Source of the DNA: Bacteroidota bacterium
GTDB lineage: Bacteria > Bacteroidota > Ignavibacteria > Ignavibacteriales > Ignavibacteriaceae
Length of the DNA stretch: 40,000 nt
Reading direction: 5' to 3'
Assembly (NCBI GenBank): GCA_021824145.1
Contig: JAKALM010000010.1
Location: forward strand, 104,013 to 144,012
The notes beneath the pieces were generated by a model. That model worked only from the letters and a program-made list of their open reading frames with translations, did no database searches and was not told the origin of the DNA. The translations under genes and the position numbers were made by a program. Position 1 is the first letter of the stretch. Each line of letters starts with the position of its first letter. Shown here piece by piece: positions 1 to 10,219 of the stretch.

Positions 1-2804
1 TAAACATCGTTTACATCTACAATTTTTCCTTCAATATCAGCGATCCAAAAGCCATCATTTGTTGTTGATGTGAGTAAATTAAATTTTTTAGCATTTAATT
101 GTAATAATTCTTCCGCTTCTTTTATTTCAGAAACATCTTCGAATATAGTAGCAAATCGTTTAGGAGAGTGTTTTAATGCACGAACGCGAAAATATTTTTT
201 AAATGATTCTGAAAAATATTCATACTTTAACGGCTCCCCCGTTTGAACCACTTTACCATAAGTTTCGATTTGATGTTTATCTGCATTCGGGATTACCTCA
301 AGAATTGTTCGTCCAATAATATCTTTCGGCTTATGCCCTGTGTGTTCTTCGTAAGCTGAGTTTGCGTCAATGAATCTAAAATCAATAACTTTTCCGGAGC
401 TGTCGGTTATTATCTCGTTAATAGCTACCCCCTCATTCATATTTTCAAACAACAATCTGTATTTATTTTCGTTTTCTTTTATATGCTCTTCAGATTTTTT
501 CCTTTCTGTAATATCCTGAACAACTACCAATCCCGCAGGTTTATCTTTATATGTTGTGCCTATTGCAGAAACTTCAGCAAAAAATACGCTGCCATCCGGA
601 CGAATAAGTTTTTCTTCAAACGGAGGGACATAATTGCCTTTAGCTACAAGCAGCATTCTTTTCATGACTTCATTTTTACTATCCGGATGAACTATGGAAA
701 GCACCGATTTGCCAAGCAGTACATCCTTATTAGTAATATTCATTATTTCTAAGGAAGCATGATTTACAAAAACAAATTCCCCATCTTGATATACTGCAAC
801 GCCGCTAGGAATCGTATTTATAAGTTTAAGGTATCTTTCTTCGCTTTCCTTTAATGCTTCCTCGGCATGTTTGCGTTCTGTTATATCTGTTAATGTACCT
901 CGAACAGTTAATGCATGCCCTTCCTTGCTTCGTTCTACAACATTACCAATAACAGCTAACCAATGAATTGATTTATCTGGATAGGCTACCCGGAAATCAA
1001 ATCCATAGCTATCTGGTCCGCCAGGAACTGCCGAGCCTTGGATAGTATTATTTGATAATTCACGGTCATCAGGATGTGTAGCATTCAGAAAAGTATTTAT
1101 GTCCCAATGTTCCTGCCATTCCAATCCGTATAAGCCGTCATGATTTTTAGAACGCGACATACTATTTGAGTTAAAGTCATATTCCCAGACAGCCACATTA
1201 GCAAATTCAGTAGCAAGCCTTAATCTTTCTTCACTTAAAATAAGCTGTCTTTCATATTCTTTTCGCTCTGATATATCTCGGATAATCATGCTTGTTCTTT
1301 TTTCGCCGCTATTATCAATAAAAACTGAAGAGGAAATTTCCGCTTCGAATTTTATTCCGCCTTTTCTAAACATAGTGATTTCACCAAAGGCTTTTCCGGT
1401 TTGCTCTCTTTGATTAATCATACTTAATAATCTAGGATCGTTTCTATCAGCAATTGCCTCTCTTCCTTTACTACAAATTTCATCCTCTGTCATGTTTAAC
1501 ATTTTACAAGCCGCTGGATTTGCAGAAGATATTGAGCCGTCAGGCTTAGTAAGCATAACGGCGTCTATGCTATTTTCATATAAAAGCCTATACCGCTGCT
1601 CACTTTCATTTATTAATTCATCAGCTTTTTTGCTTTCTGTAATATCTCGAGCCGTTCCAAATTGCCCAATTATATTTTCTTCTTTATCAAATAGAAGCTG
1701 AGGATGGTCTTCGATCCAAATATATTCACCGGATACTTTGTGCTTCATTCTGTAAATTCTTTTAGAGGCTTTTTTACTTTTAAACATCAGCTTTGTTTGT
1801 CTTGCTACTTCTTCAGTATCTTCCGGATGTATTATGCTGAACCATAGCCCCGGCATTTTTTTAAAATCGTTCGGATGATAACCAAGAATATTTTTTACTT
1901 GTTCGCTTACAAAATCCACATTACTTGCATCTTGATTTTTTATAAATGATACAGAATAAATAATTTCATCAATATTATTTATTACCCGGCTTAAAAACTC
2001 TTCACTTTCCCTAAGTTTTTTATCTGATAAAGTACGATCGGTTATATCTACGTTTGTTACTCTTCTCCCAATATAAGCATTATCATCAGAAAAAATCGGA
2101 TTACAGGTGTGCCTTATAAATTTAACACCTCCATTTTTATTAATTATTTTGAGGATTAATGCTTGAACTGTTTCAGTAGAATTTTCGGAGTGATATTTTC
2201 TAAAATGTTCTTCAAACTTACTTTTATCATCCTCGTGGATAATATCGAAAAGCAGTTTAGGATTATTAATAAATTCTTCAGCCTTATAACCAGTTACCCT
2301 TTCACATGAGGGTGAACAGTACTTAAATTGTAAGTCCGGCATAATCCAAAATTCCCACTCATAAGCAAAGTTTGCGACAGTCCTAAATAAGAACTCCTGC
2401 TCTTTAATTTTTTTATCGAAGGAATGCTTATAGAGAGAAGTTTCAATTGAAACAAGAAGCTCGCGGTTTTCAAACGGCTTAATTAAATAACCGAAAGGGC
2501 CAACCTTCTTTGCTCTTTCAATTGTGGAAGGATCTGAATAAGCTGTTACAAAAATTACCGGGATGTCTTCACTTTTTTGAATTTCTTCAGCAGCTGCAAT
2601 CCCATCAATTTCGGAATTAAGATTTACATCCATTAAAATAAGATCGGGTTTTTTTTCAAGAGCCATCTCAATGGCGGTCTTTCCATCGCAGGCAATACCG
2701 GCAGTTTCGTAGCCAGATTTTCTCAACAAAATTTTATTGCTTTCGGAAATAAGAATATCATCGTCAACTAAAAGAATACTAGCTTTTTTACCTGCATCTT
2801 TCAT
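1..2804 (-). CDS. Response-regulator receiver + multi-PAS signalling protein (N-terminus in window, C-terminus beyond the left edge)
   Basis: Absent from the ORF track because it runs off the edge. Reverse-strand ATG at 2804-2802, 1 nt after the upstream kinase stop (2808-2806). Hand translation gives MKDAGKKASILLVDDDILISESNKILLRKSGYETAGIACDGKTAIEMALEKKPDLILMDVNL...IPVIFVTAYSD...GYLIKPF, a CheY-like receiver. In-frame PAS boundary signatures follow: VDITDRTLSDKKLRESEEF (~2000-2051), IIRDISERKEYERQL (~1245-1289), TDITERKHAEEALKESE (~845-890). The frame is still open at nt 3-59 (NDGFWIADIEGKIVDVNDV). I checked the frame arithmetic at four points, not across the full length. Confidence 0.8.
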   Translation of the reverse strand, partial: MKDAGKKASILLVDDDILISESNKILLRKSGYETAGIACDGKTAIEMALEKKPDLILMDVNLNSEIDGIAAAEEIQKSEDIPVIFVTAYSDPSTIERAKKVGPFGYLIKPFENRELLVSIETSLYKHSFDKKIKEQEFLFRTVANFAYEWEFWIMPDLQFKYCSPSCERVTGYKAEEFINNPKLLFDIIHEDDKSKFEEHFRKYHSENSTETVQALILKIINKNGGVKFIRHTCNPIFSDDNAYIGRRVTNVDITDRTLSDKKLRESEEFLSRVINNIDEIIYSVSFIKNQDASNVDFVSEQVKNILGYHPNDFKKMPGLWFSIIHPEDTEEVARQTKLMFKSKKASKRIYRMKHKVSGEYIWIEDHPQLLFDKEENIIGQFGTARDITESKKADELINESEQRYRLLYENSIDAVMLTKPDGSISSANPAACKMLNMTEDEICSKGREAIADRNDPRLLSMINQREQTGKAFGEITMFRKGGIKFEAEISSSVFIDNSGEKRTSMIIRDISERKEYERQLILSEERLRLATEFANVAVWEYDFNSNSMSRSKNHDGLYGLEWQEHWDINTFLNATHPDDRELSNNTIQGSAVPGGPDSYGFDFRVAYPDKSIHWLAVIGNVVERSKEGHALTVRGTLTDITERKHAEEALKESEERYLKLINTIPSGVAVYQDGEFVFVNHASLEIMNITNKDVLLGKSVLSIVHPDSKNEVMKRMLLVAKGNYVPPFEEKLIRPDGSVFFAEVSAIGTTYKDKPAGLVVVQDITERKKSEEHIKENENKYRLLFENMNEGVAINEIITDSSGKVIDFRFIDANSAYEEHTGHKPKDIIGRTILEVIPNADKHQIETYGKVVQTGEPLKYEYFSESFKKYFRVRALKHSPKRFATIFEDVSEIKEAEELLQLNAKKFNLLTSTTNDGFWIADIEGKIVDVNDV

Positions 2805-2805
2805 T

Positions 2806-5800
2806 TCAGTTAATTCCTTTAAATTTTATTTTATAACACAAACCTTTTTCAGGCTGAATAACTTCAACATTGCCTCGCAGCTGCATGGAAAGAAGTTTGA
2901 TTAATCTTAGTCCAAGTGATTGAAGATTTTCAATATCCAAATCTTTTTTTAATCCAACGCCGTCATCAAAAATTGTAAGATGATATTCTCCATTTTGCTT
3001 CTTGAATGAAATATTTACTGAACCGGTAGAATCATTAGGGAATGCATATTTAATAGAGTTGGTTAAAATTTCATTTACAATTAAGCCGCATGGAATTATC
3101 GTATCTAGGCTGAGGCTATGGCTTTCAAGATCAAGATTTAGTTTTATTTTATTTGCCGAAGAATAAGTTTGTACCAAATAATTCGAAAGCCTTTCAATAT
3201 ATTCTTTAATATCTACAGCAACAAAATTTCCCGTACCATACATTAACTCATGAATAAGCGACATTGCAAGCAGCCTATGAGAAAGGTCATCAAAAATATC
3301 CAGAATGGCTTGGTCTTCAATAAACTGGGACTGCAAAGCAATGAGAGCAATAATTTGCTGAAAATTATTTTTAACTCGATGATGAATTTCTTTTAGCAGC
3401 ACCTCTTTTTCTTTTAATGAATTTTCAATAAGAGTTTGTGTTACCATTCGCTCAGTAACATCTTGAATCGTTCCAAACATTTTAATTACATTTCCGTCTT
3501 TATCAAACTCAAGAGAACCCATACCATGAACCCACAAAACAGAATTATCATTTTGCTTACGAATTTTATAAATCTTATCGAAATCCTTTTTCTCTTCAAG
3601 AATATGCTGATTAAGATATGTGCTCATCTCTTCTGAATATTCCTGATCGATTAAATTCAACCAGCCTTCAATATCATGTTTATAATTATTATCGATTCCG
3701 AATATTTCATCCAGCATTTCAGAACTTGTCCAGAAGCCAGTAGTAATATCAAAAATATAATACCCTATTCGAGCAACCTTTTGCGACTGCTTTAGCTGAG
3801 CCTCACTTTCTTCAAGAATTTTTTGCGCTGCTCTTTCTTTTAACTGGTCGCGGAAAACAAGAACAACGCCATCAATTTCACCATTTACATTTCTAATAGG
3901 CGCGCCGCTATCGGCAATAGGAATTTCGACACCGGATTTTGAAATCAATAAAGTATGATTAGCCAAACCTACAATGTGCCCTTCCTTCAAAACTTTGTGA
4001 ACTGGACTTTCAACTGTATTTCTTGTGCCTTCATTTATAATTTTGAATACTTCCTCCAGAGATTTACCGTTAGCATCGGATTCTTTCCAGCCAGTTAAAT
4101 TCTCAGCAACTGGATTCATTCGGTTTACTCTTCCAAATCTATCAGTTGTTATTACGCCATCGCCAATACTATATAAAGTTGTTTTCAACCGTTCTTCACT
4201 TTCTCTTAATGCTTGGCCAATGTTGTGAATTTCAGTTATATCTTTCACAACAGTAATCATATATTTTTTTTGGTCGATTGTAATAACTCTAACAGAAACT
4301 AAAGTGTGTATTATTTTTCCATCCTTCTTCTTAAAATTGATTTCTTTATTATTAGTTAAACCGTTCTTCATCAGTTCATCAATTAGTAATTTGCGATCAT
4401 CATTGTTCACCCAAATACCAATCTCTAAAGATGTTTTTCCTTTAACTTCTTCCTGAGAAAAACCAAATACAGACTTATAAGCATCATTTACTTGAACTAA
4501 TAATCCCGTTTCAATTTCAGAAATTGAAATACCATCTGGTGAGGCATTATAAACAGTTCTAAATCTTTCTTCACTTTCTCGCAATGAAATTTCTGCCTTC
4601 ATCCTGTCTGTAATATCATTATAAATTGAAACAATTTCTCCAGTATTTAGCCTATAAATTATATTCTCGCGCCATCCTTCAATTCTATCATCTTGATAAT
4701 TTAAATTTATATATTCTGTTTTTCCGGTTTGCCAAACTTTTCTAAAAATATCAAGGAAGCCAAGCTTTTCTGCTGAGGGAAATAATTCACTTATTCTTTT
4801 GCCCATCACTAGATCACGATTTATATTATCTATTTTTTGAGCTGTTGAATTAAAATCTGTAAAGATAAAATCATTTCCATTTTCAACAGCTTGATAAATT
4901 GCAATAGCAGCTGGGCTATTGTTAAACAAGCTTTCCCATCTTTCTTTATTTCTTAATATAGCTTCTTCCGCCTGTTTTCGTTCAGTAATATCCCGCATAA
5001 AAACAAAGACTTTTTCATTTTCAGCTTTCAAATAATTTACGCTGGCATCAATATCTATAATTTTACCATCTTTTCTTCTATGCTTAGTTTCAAAACGAAA
5101 AAATCCTTTGGATTTAATTATTTTAAGTTTTTCTTTAACATCATTTTCATTGTCATATAAATCAATATCATTTACCCTCATATTAAGTAATTCTTCACGG
5201 CTGTAGCCAATCATAGAACAATAAGAGTCATTTGTATCTAAAATCTTTCCATTCATATCAACAAGATAAAAGCCATCAATTGTTGTTCGAAGGACAGTTC
5301 TTATTTCTTCTTCAGCTTTTTTACGTTCTGTAATATCCCGCATGAAGACAAAGATTTTTTCGTTTCCTGTTTTCAAATAGTTTACGCTTGACTCAATATC
5401 TATAATTTTACCGTCTTTTCGTTTATGCTTCGATTCGAATCTATAAAATCCTTTCTGCTTAATTTCTCTAATCTTTTCTTTGATTACATCTTCAGTATCT
5501 TGAACTTCAACATCTTTAATGCTCATATTAAGCAATTCATCGCGGCTGTAACCAATCATAGAACAATATGAATCGTTTGTATCTAAAATCCTTCCATTCA
5601 TATCTACAAGATAGAAACCATCTATCGTTGTTTTAAGAATAGTCCTTATTTCCTCTTCTGCTTTCTTTCTATCAGTAATATCTAGCATAGCGCCAATAAT
5701 TCCAGCGTTATTATTTTCGCTATTTGAGTATGTTGCTTTATAAAAAATTACATCGTGGTTAGAACCGTTTATATCTTTAAATTTAGATTCATAGATTTGC

Positions 5801-8172
5801 AAACCGCCAGAATTGATGAGTGTTTTGTCTTGCTCAATATAAATCTGCGCCAATTCCTTTTCATAAAGATCGGTTACTGCTTTTCCTTTTATTTGTTCTT
5901 TAGTAAATCCAAACAAATTGATAAAAGCATTATTAGCGCTGATATATTTTAAGTTATTATCTTTATAGAAAACTGGAATAGGAATTGTTTCGATAAGATT
6001 ATTAAGAAAAGCTTCGTTTTCACGAAGAGCTGCCTCATCTCTTTTCCTTTTAGTTATATCATTAACTATTGCAAAGAAAACACTTCTATCTTCAAATTTA
6101 TGAAGCTGTAAATGGATTTCTACATTATATTTGGTTCCATTTTTTCTTCTATGAATAGTTTCAAAAACAAGTTTTTCATTTTCACCATTTATTAATGGCT
6201 TAATCAATTGTTTAAAAGATTCTTCGGTAAATTCAGGTTTTATATTTAATGGCGTTAAGGATAAAATTTCCTTGGCATTATATCCTAAATTTTCAAGTGC
6301 ACCATTATTTACATATTCAAATTTTAGTGTGTCTGAATTAAATATATAAATTTCATTTAAGCTTTTATCAATAATATTAAGTAATTGGAAACGAGATTGC
6401 TCTAATTTTTTCTGTTCGGTAATATCATGAATAACCCCAAAGAGTATTTTGTTTTCTTTATCATATTCTGCAATGGAATGAATATCTTTAATTTCACCAG
6501 TATCTAAAGCTTTGATTTTATATTCTATATTGTATGGAATATTATCCTCAATTAAGTTTATAATGGCTTTATCCATCACTACCCTATATTCAGGCAACGG
6601 TACTTTTTTTACTAAATCATAGTCAACTTCTGTCCAATCAACGCCATAAATTTTACCAGCGCCCTCAGAAGCAATAATTTTTTTTGAATCTAGATGAAGC
6701 TCCCAATTTCCAGATTTGGATGCAAGCTCAGCGCGCTTTAGCCTTGCTTCATTTTGACGAATAATTTTTTCTGCTTTATGCTCTTCGGATTTATCTCTAA
6801 AAATTAAAACAACACCTTCTATGTTTCCTTCTTCATCACGAATTGGCGCACCACTATCTGCAATTGGAAATTCGCGGCCGTCTTTAGAAATTAAAAGTGT
6901 ATGATTTGCAAGTCCAACTATTATTCCTTTTTCTAATACTTTGAAAATGGGGTTTTCTACAATAGCTCTGGTTGTTCCATTAATAATATTAAAAACAATT
7001 TCTATTGGTTTTCCAACTGCTTCAGCTTCGGTCCATCCTGTTAATTCTTCTGCGACATGATTCATTTTATTTATTTTACCAAGCGTATCAGTTGTAATTA
7101 CACCATCGCCAATGCTGTATAGAATTGTCCTAAATTCCTCATGATATTCTCTAAGCTCTTTTTCTTTAACAAACAATTCCATGTAAATATTTTTTTGGCG
7201 AGACTGATAAATCAAACTTAAAACAAATCCAAATACTAGGATTGATAACAGATTAAATAAAGCTATAAAAAAAACTTTAACATTAAGGCTATAATAAAGT
7301 GTACTTTTATCAACTTTAACTTCCAAAAACCAATTTGTACCTTTTATAGGAGCAACATGAGCAAGCACTTTATTGCCAAGATAATCTACACCATCAGTAA
7401 TTCCTTTAAATCCAAGTATTGCTTTTACAGATGGCATATTTTTTTGATTGAGAGATATTTTAAAATTTAGTTCGGAGTTTGCATGTCCTTCAATATTATT
7501 AAGATAACAAACTTCATTACCTTCTTTTTTTACTAATATAGTTTTATATTGTGAACTGTTAGATCCCTTCGAATTGATTAGAGGATATAAATAAGTTTGC
7601 GGATCTATGCGCAAAACTAATACTGCAATAACTTTTCTATTTTTAGATTTAATTGGCGCTATATAATCAATATTTATTTCTTTTAGAGATTGAGAATAAT
7701 AAATATCTCCCATTATAATTTTCTTACTATCAACAGCTTTATTAATAAAACCAATAGTCTTAGGGTTTACGTGGTTTAAATTGGGGTTAAAAGAAATTAG
7801 TAATTTCCCGTTTGGAGAGGCGAGAATGATATTTCGATAAATTATATTTGATTTTATTAAGGACAGCTGGTCTTTAATTATTTTTTCATTATAAGAACTA
7901 TTTACTTTCAAAAAAGATTCTACACTTTTAGCAAAACTTTCATCATTAACAATTGCGTTTGCATCTGCTAATTTTTCATTATTCCAATTTTGAATTTGAT
8001 TTATTTTTAACTCACTGAAATCTCTTAAATCAATAATTGCATCTTTTCGAATACTCGATTTCTCATAGAAATAATAAAATATCGATGCACAAATTAAAAG
8101 AATACTAAAAGCTGCAATTAAAAAAAATATATAGCGTTTTTGGGATAAAAAATCGAAGGTAGTTTTTGACAT
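2806..8172 (-). CDS. Giant membrane-bound multi-PAS sensor histidine kinase (HisKA_2-type phosphoacceptor + HATPase_c)
   Basis: N-terminal TM (YIFFLIAAFSILLICASIFYYFY), then ~260 aa of extracytoplasmic sensor region (Cache-like by position), then a second TM (VFFIALFNLLSILVFGFVLSLIY). About ten PAS-like modules follow, separated by DIT(E/D)RK + coiled-coil linkers. H-box EIHHRVKNNFQQI (about nt 3365-3400). ATPase motifs NEILTNSIKYAF, DDGVGL, SLGLRLI. Confidence 0.9.
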   Translation of the reverse strand: MSKTTFDFLSQKRYIFFLIAAFSILLICASIFYYFYEKSSIRKDAIIDLRDFSELKINQIQNWNNEKLADANAIVNDESFAKSVESFLKVNSSYNEKIIKDQLSLIKSNIIYRNIILASPNGKLLISFNPNLNHVNPKTIGFINKAVDSKKIIMGDIYYSQSLKEINIDYIAPIKSKNRKVIAVLVLRIDPQTYLYPLINSKGSNSSQYKTILVKKEGNEVCYLNNIEGHANSELNFKISLNQKNMPSVKAILGFKGITDGVDYLGNKVLAHVAPIKGTNWFLEVKVDKSTLYYSLNVKVFFIALFNLLSILVFGFVLSLIYQSRQKNIYMELFVKEKELREYHEEFRTILYSIGDGVITTDTLGKINKMNHVAEELTGWTEAEAVGKPIEIVFNIINGTTRAIVENPIFKVLEKGIIVGLANHTLLISKDGREFPIADSGAPIRDEEGNIEGVVLIFRDKSEEHKAEKIIRQNEARLKRAELASKSGNWELHLDSKKIIASEGAGKIYGVDWTEVDYDLVKKVPLPEYRVVMDKAIINLIEDNIPYNIEYKIKALDTGEIKDIHSIAEYDKENKILFGVIHDITEQKKLEQSRFQLLNIIDKSLNEIYIFNSDTLKFEYVNNGALENLGYNAKEILSLTPLNIKPEFTEESFKQLIKPLINGENEKLVFETIHRRKNGTKYNVEIHLQLHKFEDRSVFFAIVNDITKRKRDEAALRENEAFLNNLIETIPIPVFYKDNNLKYISANNAFINLFGFTKEQIKGKAVTDLYEKELAQIYIEQDKTLINSGGLQIYESKFKDINGSNHDVIFYKATYSNSENNNAGIIGAMLDITDRKKAEEEIRTILKTTIDGFYLVDMNGRILDTNDSYCSMIGYSRDELLNMSIKDVEVQDTEDVIKEKIREIKQKGFYRFESKHKRKDGKIIDIESSVNYLKTGNEKIFVFMRDITERKKAEEEIRTVLRTTIDGFYLVDMNGKILDTNDSYCSMIGYSREELLNMRVNDIDLYDNENDVKEKLKIIKSKGFFRFETKHRRKDGKIIDIDASVNYLKAENEKVFVFMRDITERKQAEEAILRNKERWESLFNNSPAAIAIYQAVENGNDFIFTDFNSTAQKIDNINRDLVMGKRISELFPSAEKLGFLDIFRKVWQTGKTEYINLNYQDDRIEGWRENIIYRLNTGEIVSIYNDITDRMKAEISLRESEERFRTVYNASPDGISISEIETGLLVQVNDAYKSVFGFSQEEVKGKTSLEIGIWVNNDDRKLLIDELMKNGLTNNKEINFKKKDGKIIHTLVSVRVITIDQKKYMITVVKDITEIHNIGQALRESEERLKTTLYSIGDGVITTDRFGRVNRMNPVAENLTGWKESDANGKSLEEVFKIINEGTRNTVESPVHKVLKEGHIVGLANHTLLISKSGVEIPIADSGAPIRNVNGEIDGVVLVFRDQLKERAAQKILEESEAQLKQSQKVARIGYYIFDITTGFWTSSEMLDEIFGIDNNYKHDIEGWLNLIDQEYSEEMSTYLNQHILEEKKDFDKIYKIRKQNDNSVLWVHGMGSLEFDKDGNVIKMFGTIQDVTERMVTQTLIENSLKEKEVLLKEIHHRVKNNFQQIIALIALQSQFIEDQAILDIFDDLSHRLLAMSLIHELMYGTGNFVAVDIKEYIERLSNYLVQTYSSANKIKLNLDLESHSLSLDTIIPCGLIVNEILTNSIKYAFPNDSTGSVNISFKKQNGEYHLTIFDDGVGLKKDLDIENLQSLGLRLIKLLSMQLRGNVEVIQPEKGLCYKIKFKGIN

Positions 8173-8582
8173 GATATGATAAAATTAAATAAATAAAAAA
8201 ATATTTGAATATTTGATATATATAATCGAAAGATAGTTTAAATAATTAAAATTTTGTTGAATCTAATGTTGTAACTCCAAAATAAAATTTTTGATTGTTA
8301 TTTAACAAACAATAAGGTATTCACAATCAGTTTATTTTTAATATGAATTTTGTCTTAAATTTTGCGGGCGTACTTGTTATTATATAAATAATGAAGTTCA
8401 CCCTATTTAAAAAATCTAATAAATAAAAACATTCATTTAATAATGGGTGCATTAAATTAAAAATTTTCTAATTTTAAGCAAATTAAATTTTGACAAACTT
8501 TTCATTTATTTTTAATGATGTTAATCAAATTTCAATTAAGTAATCAGCATTAAGTTTAATAAATAAAAAAAGAGATTAAGCT

Positions 8583-9359
8583 TTGGTTATAGAAATAAAA
8601 GAAGCATCAATAAAAAGAGACGAAAAATTTATTTTAAAAAATATAAATTGGAGTGTGCAAGCAGGCCAGCATTGGGCAATATTCGGATTAAATGGTTCAG
8701 GTAAAACCTCATTATTAAAAATGATTAATGGCTACATTTTTCCTTCAGAAGGTGAAGTAAATGTGCTTGGGAAAAAATTTGGGACTTACGATTTCCGCGA
8801 ATTAAGAAAATCAATAGGCTGGGTAAGTTCATCTTTACAAGAATCACTTTATGTAAATGAAACTGTTGAAGAAATTGTTATTAGCGGAAAATTTGCCAGT
8901 ATAGGTCTTTACGAAAATCCTGTTGCAAATGACTATGAAAAAGCTAAAAATATTTTAGACAAATTTGCATGCAGTAATTTAAAAAATAGATTTTACTATT
9001 CCTTATCACAAGGTGAAAAACAAAAGGTTTTACTTGCACGAGCATTGATGGCTGCCCCAAAGCTTTTAATTTTAGATGAACCTTGCACTGGACTGGATAT
9101 TTTCGCAAAAGAAAGTTTCTTAATGCTTGTCGATAATATTGCCAAGGCTGAAGATTCGCCCACTATTATTTATGTTTCACATCATATTGAAGAAATTCTA
9201 CCATTATTTTCAAATACACTTTTACTGAAAAATGGGAGTGTCCATTCCTCAGGAAAAAATGAAAATGTTTTAACAAATGATAACTTGATTAATTTTTTTG
9301 ATAGAACAATTGAAGTATCACAAAAGAATAACCGTTTTCTTATTCACACACAATTATAA
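8583..9359 (+). CDS. ABC transporter ATP-binding protein (single NBD, orphan; ModF/YlmA-like size)
   Basis: Walker A GLNGSGKTSLLK, ABC signature LSQGEKQKV, Walker B LLILDEP, H-loop VSHH. TTG start in the track. No permease or substrate-binding gene is adjacent. Confidence 0.85.
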   Translation: MVIEIKEASIKRDEKFILKNINWSVQAGQHWAIFGLNGSGKTSLLKMINGYIFPSEGEVNVLGKKFGTYDFRELRKSIGWVSSSLQESLYVNETVEEIVISGKFASIGLYENPVANDYEKAKNILDKFACSNLKNRFYYSLSQGEKQKVLLARALMAAPKLLILDEPCTGLDIFAKESFLMLVDNIAKAEDSPTIIYVSHHIEEILPLFSNTLLLKNGSVHSSGKNENVLTNDNLINFFDRTIEVSQKNNRFLIHTQL

Positions 9360-9372
9360 TTATTAATAGAAT

Positions 9373-9837
9373 TTAATCATTCATTCTTATTACCGACATT
9401 TTACTGTTTAATTCTTTTAGTTTTATTGATTTTGGATCAATTGATCCTAAAGTGTTAATTGCTTTCTTCAGCTCAAAGATATTTTTTTCAGCGCGATTTA
9501 TAATATCTTCATTTACTTTTTGATCTTTCATATCAAAAATTAATAGCTGCATTGAAGATGATGAATTTTGCAGGATGTCTTGAATTGTCCTTATGGTTGC
9601 AGAGTATATTTCAACTCTTTCATTAGTAATTTTTTCTTTAATATTAATATTATGCTGCCAAATAATAATAATCATTATCAAAACTAATGGTACAATCCAG
9701 AATAATTCTTTTTGAACTAAATACTGGAAAAAATCTAATATAGGATGAACGCCTTTTACTAAATTTAGGAACAGGGTTAATAAAACAATAAATGTTAGTA
9801 TTATTAGAATCATTGTTTTGTTATTGGAGATTTTCAT
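9373..9837 (-). CDS. Small hypothetical membrane protein (2 TM + helical tail)
   Basis: Track ORF. Two hydrophobic helices (ILIILTFIVLLTLFLNLV; LFWIVPLVLIMIIIIW) followed by a charged helical tail. Convergent with the ABC gene (13-nt gap). No family recognised. Confidence 0.45.
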   Translation of the reverse strand: MKISNNKTMILIILTFIVLLTLFLNLVKGVHPILDFFQYLVQKELFWIVPLVLIMIIIIWQHNINIKEKITNERVEIYSATIRTIQDILQNSSSSMQLLIFDMKDQKVNEDIINRAEKNIFELKKAINTLGSIDPKSIKLKELNSKMSVIRMND

Positions 9838-10219
9838 TCTTATTCTGATTTTCCCTTCAATATTTATGTTGAATATGTTATGCTGTTAAATTATACGATT
9901 ATCAAATAATAGATATTATATGGATAAAACATAAGTTAGTAATATTTAATTAAACAGTTTCTAATTTATAAAATCTTATTGGAACAGCACACTAAGTTAA
10001 ATAAAATAAATTTATTAATTAAAATTCAACCAATTCATTGGATTTTTATTAGATCACAAAATCATTTTATTAATCATTTACAGATTTACTTTATTAAATC
10101 TTTTAACAATATGCCCTAGTTCACTCAATTTAGGTTTGAATTTACTTTTGAATTATTTAGTTTAATATTTACCTTTAGTATAAGCGGATTTAAGCTGCAA
10201 AAAAAGTCGTAATACAAAA

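Noticed and set aside
483-1701. Track ORFs 483..752 (+) and 1492..1701 (+)
   Set aside because: They are antisense to a long open minus-strand frame that translates into receiver + PAS domains. Their own translations are low-complexity (Phe/Ile/Ser/Arg-rich) with no motifs.
3436-5952. Track ORFs 3436..3636, 4025..4228 and 5755..5952 (+) inside the big kinase
   Set aside because: These are antisense shadows of a well-supported 1788-aa CDS. No motifs, and there are no intergenic gaps to house them.
8583-9359. ABC ATPase as part of a transporter operon or an ABC-F/toxin-type system
   Set aside because: It has a single NBD of 258 aa, and no permease, substrate-binding gene or second NBD is nearby. 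It is an ordinary orphan ATPase and nothing unusual can be supported from the sequence.
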